Virus record (IMG/VR): IMGVR_UViG_3300020045_007216
Span: 1-46,497 of that record
Strand: one strand, 5' to 3'
Length of the DNA stretch: 46,497 nt
DNA from: a virus
Lineage: Duplodnaviria; Caudoviricetes
Part shown: positions 42,971 to 46,497 of the stretch, piece after piece
Numbering within the stretch: position 1 is the first letter of the stretch
How the letters are laid out: the number at the start of each line of letters is the position of its first letter
Translations under genes and position numbers: made by a program
The notes under the pieces: generated by a model
What the model was told of the DNA's origin: nothing
What the model saw: the letters and a program-made list of their open reading frames with translations, nothing else
The model's database searches: none

Positions 42971-45656
42971 ATTTGACGCCACCCCGCACGAGACCTTCAG
43001 CGGCGGCGATTGCACGATCGGCGAGTGGCTGCACGCCAACATCAAAGCCTACAATCCTGAATGGCAACCACTGTTTTCGATCAGCCTTAACGGCGAAAAT
43101 ATGCCGCCTGAACAGTGGCCGACCCGTAAGTTCGGAACCTCTGACCATCTTGACTTCTTCATTGAGCCGAAAGGTATCGAGCTGCTTTTTGCGGTGATTA
43201 TTGCCGTGGTGGCCGCCGTGGCGGCGATAGCTCTGGCGCCAAAAGCGCCGAAGCCTAGCAGCGCAGAATCGGCAACCGGCAACGACCTAAACGAAGCCAC
43301 GGTCAAGGGCAACAAAGTCAAGGTCAACACACCGATCGAAGACCAGGCGGGCTACCACAAGAGCTATCCCAGTTACCTTTCTCCGCCGCGCGAGTATTTC
43401 AACGGCCCGCGTGACCAACGTGTCGACCTGATCCTGTGTTGCGGGGCCGGTGAACTGGAATTTGAAGAGGATAAAATCCTCATCGGCGACACGCCTTTGA
43501 TTTCCCTGGGTGCCGACGCCGAATACACGATATACCCGCCCGGTGCTGACGTATCTGCCGATCCCCGTTCCTGGTGGTGGCATGACGTGGGGGAGGTAGG
43601 AGCTAGTTCCAGTGGTTCGGCCGGCCTTGAGCTCACAGAATCAACGACGCTGACCAACGGGTTTCAGGCGTCGAGCATCCAGTACAACGTCAAGACCGTT
43701 GCGATCCCGACAGGCTCCGGGCTTTTTCCCGAAGACTGGTCTGTCGGCCTGCTGGTGCGCATCGACAACCCTTATGTATACGAATTTATCGATGGCGGCT
43801 CGGGGGTGGCGGACATCATCCGGGGCGACAACCTTTCAATGCTGAAACCAGTCGTCGGGCAATTGATCGAAATCAGCGGCGTGAACGCGGGTTTTTATAA
43901 AGTTGCCTCTTACACCCCAGGAACCCCTGCAACCACGACGCCTCCCGCGCCCGCTACCCCGCCGCAAATCACCCTTGAGTTTGACGACGGTACGCCGGTC
44001 ACTGAGCTGAGCCTCGGCACAATAGCGACCACTATCGGGACCCGGTTTTTGCGCTATCGGATTACCGCCTTCACAACGTCCCAGATCAGCGTGGACCGCC
44101 TCACCGCTTCCGGTGCGACGGACACGACCTGGCCGGGCTTTAATTTCCTGCAAACCGCAAACTCCGTGATCGTCCTTGATCGAACAACTCGCGAGGGCGG
44201 GTATCGCGGACCCTTTGCTATGTGCCCGGAAGGCGAAAAAACGCAAACCCTGGAATTCACCGTTTTCTGTCCCAAGGGTTTGGTGGGGTTAGGCCGCGAG
44301 GGTCAGCAATACGCCGTATTCGGTTTTTATCAATTCGAGTACCGCGACCTTGACGTTTCCGGCGACTGGACGGTCCTCAATTTCCAGAACGAAGGCAGCA
44401 GTCTTGACGCTGTCGGTTTCACGAACCGCGTGCAACTGCCCTACCCGATGCGCCCGGAGGCACGGATCAAGAAGGTATACACCCAGCAGGTCGAGCGGGA
44501 AAACGAAGTGAATAACGACATGGTCTGGTACGCGGCCAAGGCGCTGCTACCCGGGGCATCGAGTTACCCCGGTGCCACGACCATGTGCCTGACGGTGCGA
44601 GGCGGGGACCGTCTCTCTGCGGCGTCCGAGCGCCAGGTTTCCATGCAAGGTACCCGCGTCCTGCCTGTCCGTCGGGACGGGACTTGGCAACCTCCTGAGC
44701 CGACCCGAAGCATTGCCGCCTATGCCCTGTACCTTTTGAAGGCGGTAGGCTATTCGGACGATGACCTAGACCTGGAAGAGTGGGACCGGCTGAACGATGT
44801 ATGGGAGGCCCGTGGCGACTATTACGATGCCGTCCACTCCACGCCATCAACGATTAAAAGCCTGCTCGACGATTGCCTAGCTGCCGGTTTTGCCGAGCTG
44901 ACGGTGGTTCGGGGGCGAATCCGCCCGGTTCGCGATGAACCTCAAACTCAGTTCATGTCTTTGTATACGCCCGGCGCAATGACGGGGCCACTACAAATTC
45001 AGTTCGAGGCGGTGCGGCCTGACGACTACGACGGCGTGGACGTTGAGTTCACCAGTTCGCGAACGTGGGCTGTCGAGTCAGTCTCTTGCCGTCTGCCGGG
45101 CGACGAGGGCGTGCGGACACAGAAAATCCAGGCGGTAGGGATTACGAACCGGGACAAGGCGTATCAACTCGGCATGCGACAGCGCCGGGCGCTGAAATAC
45201 CGACGCAAAACATTTAACTGGTCGACCGAGATGGCGGCCTTCAACAGCAACTACCTGGACTACGTGCAGGTGGCTGGCGACGTGCCGGGCTACGCGCAGT
45301 CAGCCTATATGTACGGCTATGATGCGGCCAATTCGATCGTAACTGCCGGCGAGGAGTTTGACTGGTCGGTGGGCACCGCGCCGTTTTACCTGACCGTGCG
45401 CCGGCACAACGGCAGCAGCTCGGGCCCATACACGGTGACGCGGATCAACGAATTCATGCTGCAACTGGATCGCCCGCTCGACTTCACCCCCGTTCTTGAC
45501 GGGAGCATGATCGAACCGTTACTGCTTTTCGGTCGAGGCTGGCCGGTTCAGTTGACCGAGATATCGCCCAATGGCTTGGAAACGTGCACCGTCGAGGCGC
45601 GTATCTATGACGACAGGGTGTACCTGAGCGACAACGACCCAGCGCCGGCGGAATAG
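42939..45656 (+). CDS. Central tail tip/host-specificity protein (TipJ-like)
   Basis: 905 aa; gpI-like N-terminus with hydrophobic segment; RSIAAY...GFAELT...PVRDEP. Confidence 0.85.
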   Translation: MIDNIRVYASKFDATPHETFSGGDCTIGEWLHANIKAYNPEWQPLFSISLNGENMPPEQWPTRKFGTSDHLDFFIEPKGIELLFAVIIAVVAAVAAIALAPKAPKPSSAESATGNDLNEATVKGNKVKVNTPIEDQAGYHKSYPSYLSPPREYFNGPRDQRVDLILCCGAGELEFEEDKILIGDTPLISLGADAEYTIYPPGADVSADPRSWWWHDVGEVGASSSGSAGLELTESTTLTNGFQASSIQYNVKTVAIPTGSGLFPEDWSVGLLVRIDNPYVYEFIDGGSGVADIIRGDNLSMLKPVVGQLIEISGVNAGFYKVASYTPGTPATTTPPAPATPPQITLEFDDGTPVTELSLGTIATTIGTRFLRYRITAFTTSQISVDRLTASGATDTTWPGFNFLQTANSVIVLDRTTREGGYRGPFAMCPEGEKTQTLEFTVFCPKGLVGLGREGQQYAVFGFYQFEYRDLDVSGDWTVLNFQNEGSSLDAVGFTNRVQLPYPMRPEARIKKVYTQQVERENEVNNDMVWYAAKALLPGASSYPGATTMCLTVRGGDRLSAASERQVSMQGTRVLPVRRDGTWQPPEPTRSIAAYALYLLKAVGYSDDDLDLEEWDRLNDVWEARGDYYDAVHSTPSTIKSLLDDCLAAGFAELTVVRGRIRPVRDEPQTQFMSLYTPGAMTGPLQIQFEAVRPDDYDGVDVEFTSSRTWAVESVSCRLPGDEGVRTQKIQAVGITNRDKAYQLGMRQRRALKYRRKTFNWSTEMAAFNSNYLDYVQVAGDVPGYAQSAYMYGYDAANSIVTAGEEFDWSVGTAPFYLTVRRHNGSSSGPYTVTRINEFMLQLDRPLDFTPVLDGSMIEPLLLFGRGWPVQLTEISPNGLETCTVEARIYDDRVYLSDNDPAPAE

Positions 45657-45686
45657 GGTAAACTACGGTGAATTTCAAGGGGTAGA

Positions 45687-46151
45687 ATGATGGCCGTACC
45701 TTATCCGGCCGGCCTGCCGCTAGGCCTGCGTCAGGGCCGCGCGTACGGCCTGGCACCGACATTCAAACGATCAGAGCTCGAAAGCGGCCGCGCCGTGCAG
45801 CGTCGAAGCTTTGCGGACGTGCCCAGTTACGCTCAGGTGTCGTGGATCTTCACCGGTTCCGAGTTGCTGCTGTTCCAATCCTGGTTCAGGTATACGATTG
45901 CGGACGGTTCGGCATGGTTCGATATGGTCCTGAAGCACCCGCTAGGCAAAGAGCCGTATACCTGCCGCTTTAGAACGATGCCCAGTGATGCGGCTGAAGC
46001 GGGTCCGGACCTTTGGACAGTTTCGGCGCAACTCGAGCTCAAAGAGCGCCTGACCGCGCCGCCGGAATTCATCGAGTTTCCCGAGTATTTACTTGATGCC
46101 GGTATTTTCGACATCGCTATGAACATTAAATGGCCAGAGGTGGCGCCCTAA
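45687..46151 (+). CDS. Distal tail protein (gpM/Dit-like)
   Basis: YPAGLP...RSELESGRAVQRR...FQSWFRYTIADGSAWF...WTVSAQLE. Confidence 0.75.
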   Translation: MMAVPYPAGLPLGLRQGRAYGLAPTFKRSELESGRAVQRRSFADVPSYAQVSWIFTGSELLLFQSWFRYTIADGSAWFDMVLKHPLGKEPYTCRFRTMPSDAAEAGPDLWTVSAQLELKERLTAPPEFIEFPEYLLDAGIFDIAMNIKWPEVAP

Positions 46152-46497
46152 TGAGCTTTGATACTAACAACCCGGTGCCTTCTGCATCCTTGCGAGACCT
46201 CTCGGACAACGCCGAAAATTTCGATGAGGCCATGAACAGCACGCAGGAGTCGTTTACTGATCGCTTCAATCGCCCGCGCGTGACATGGCAGGCGTTTCAT
46301 AACCTGACTGTGAACGCGACAAACCAGATCGGCGTAACCGTGGCCACGGCTGCGGCTCAGGTAAACGCGGCGAAAAACGCCGGGATCGCCAGCATCGACA
46401 GCACGGTCACTGCGGCTGCTGCTGCGGTCAACAGTGCGAAAGACGCCGGGATCGCGGACATTACCGCCGACGTTGGGGCGGTCGATACCGCAGCAGC
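46151..46497 (+). CDS. Tail spike/fibre, N-terminal attachment part (continues at position 1)
   Basis: MSFDTNNPVPSASLRDLSDNAENFDEAMN...FTDRF; open to the window end. Confidence 0.85.
   Translation, partial: MSFDTNNPVPSASLRDLSDNAENFDEAMNSTQESFTDRFNRPRVTWQAFHNLTVNATNQIGVTVATAAAQVNAAKNAGIASIDSTVTAAAAAVNSAKDAGIADITADVGAVDTAA
46383..46497 (+). repeat. 115-bp terminal direct repeat, right copy
   Basis: Identical to 1-115. Confidence 0.95.

Overview
The window is an apparently complete, circularly permuted ~46.4-kb tailed-phage genome. Bases 1-115 repeat exactly at 46383-46497, and the tail-spike gene runs in frame across this junction. The long tape measure and absence of a sheath gene indicate a siphovirus. 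No integrase or CI-type repressor is evident, so it is probably virulent. A Pseudomonas-like host is inferred from GC content and gene families only. Modules: tail spike and lysis (1-4850); a small leftward operon (4847-5788); leftward replication genes (PolA, SSB, Cas4-like nuclease); a rightward helicase/MazG/nuclease/C5-MTase/TetR/accessory/primase block; a repeat-rich putative origin; terminase; a tRNA-Asp and structured-RNA cluster; an inverted portal module; head and tail genes. The most notable signals are: (1) a type II hammerhead ribozyme with a loop-tail pseudoknot at the 5' end of the operon encoding an internally duplicated CsrA/RsmA-like protein; (2) about 1 kb of ORF-free, promoter- and terminator-bounded structured RNA elements around tRNA-Asp; (3) a C5 methyltransferase whose motif IX is supplied by a nested +1-frame ORF; (4) an 11-copy promoter family with a conserved spacer; (5) WW-like repeats on the SSB next to polyproline-tagged replication proteins. 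All protein family calls come from motif recognition by eye, not from database searches.
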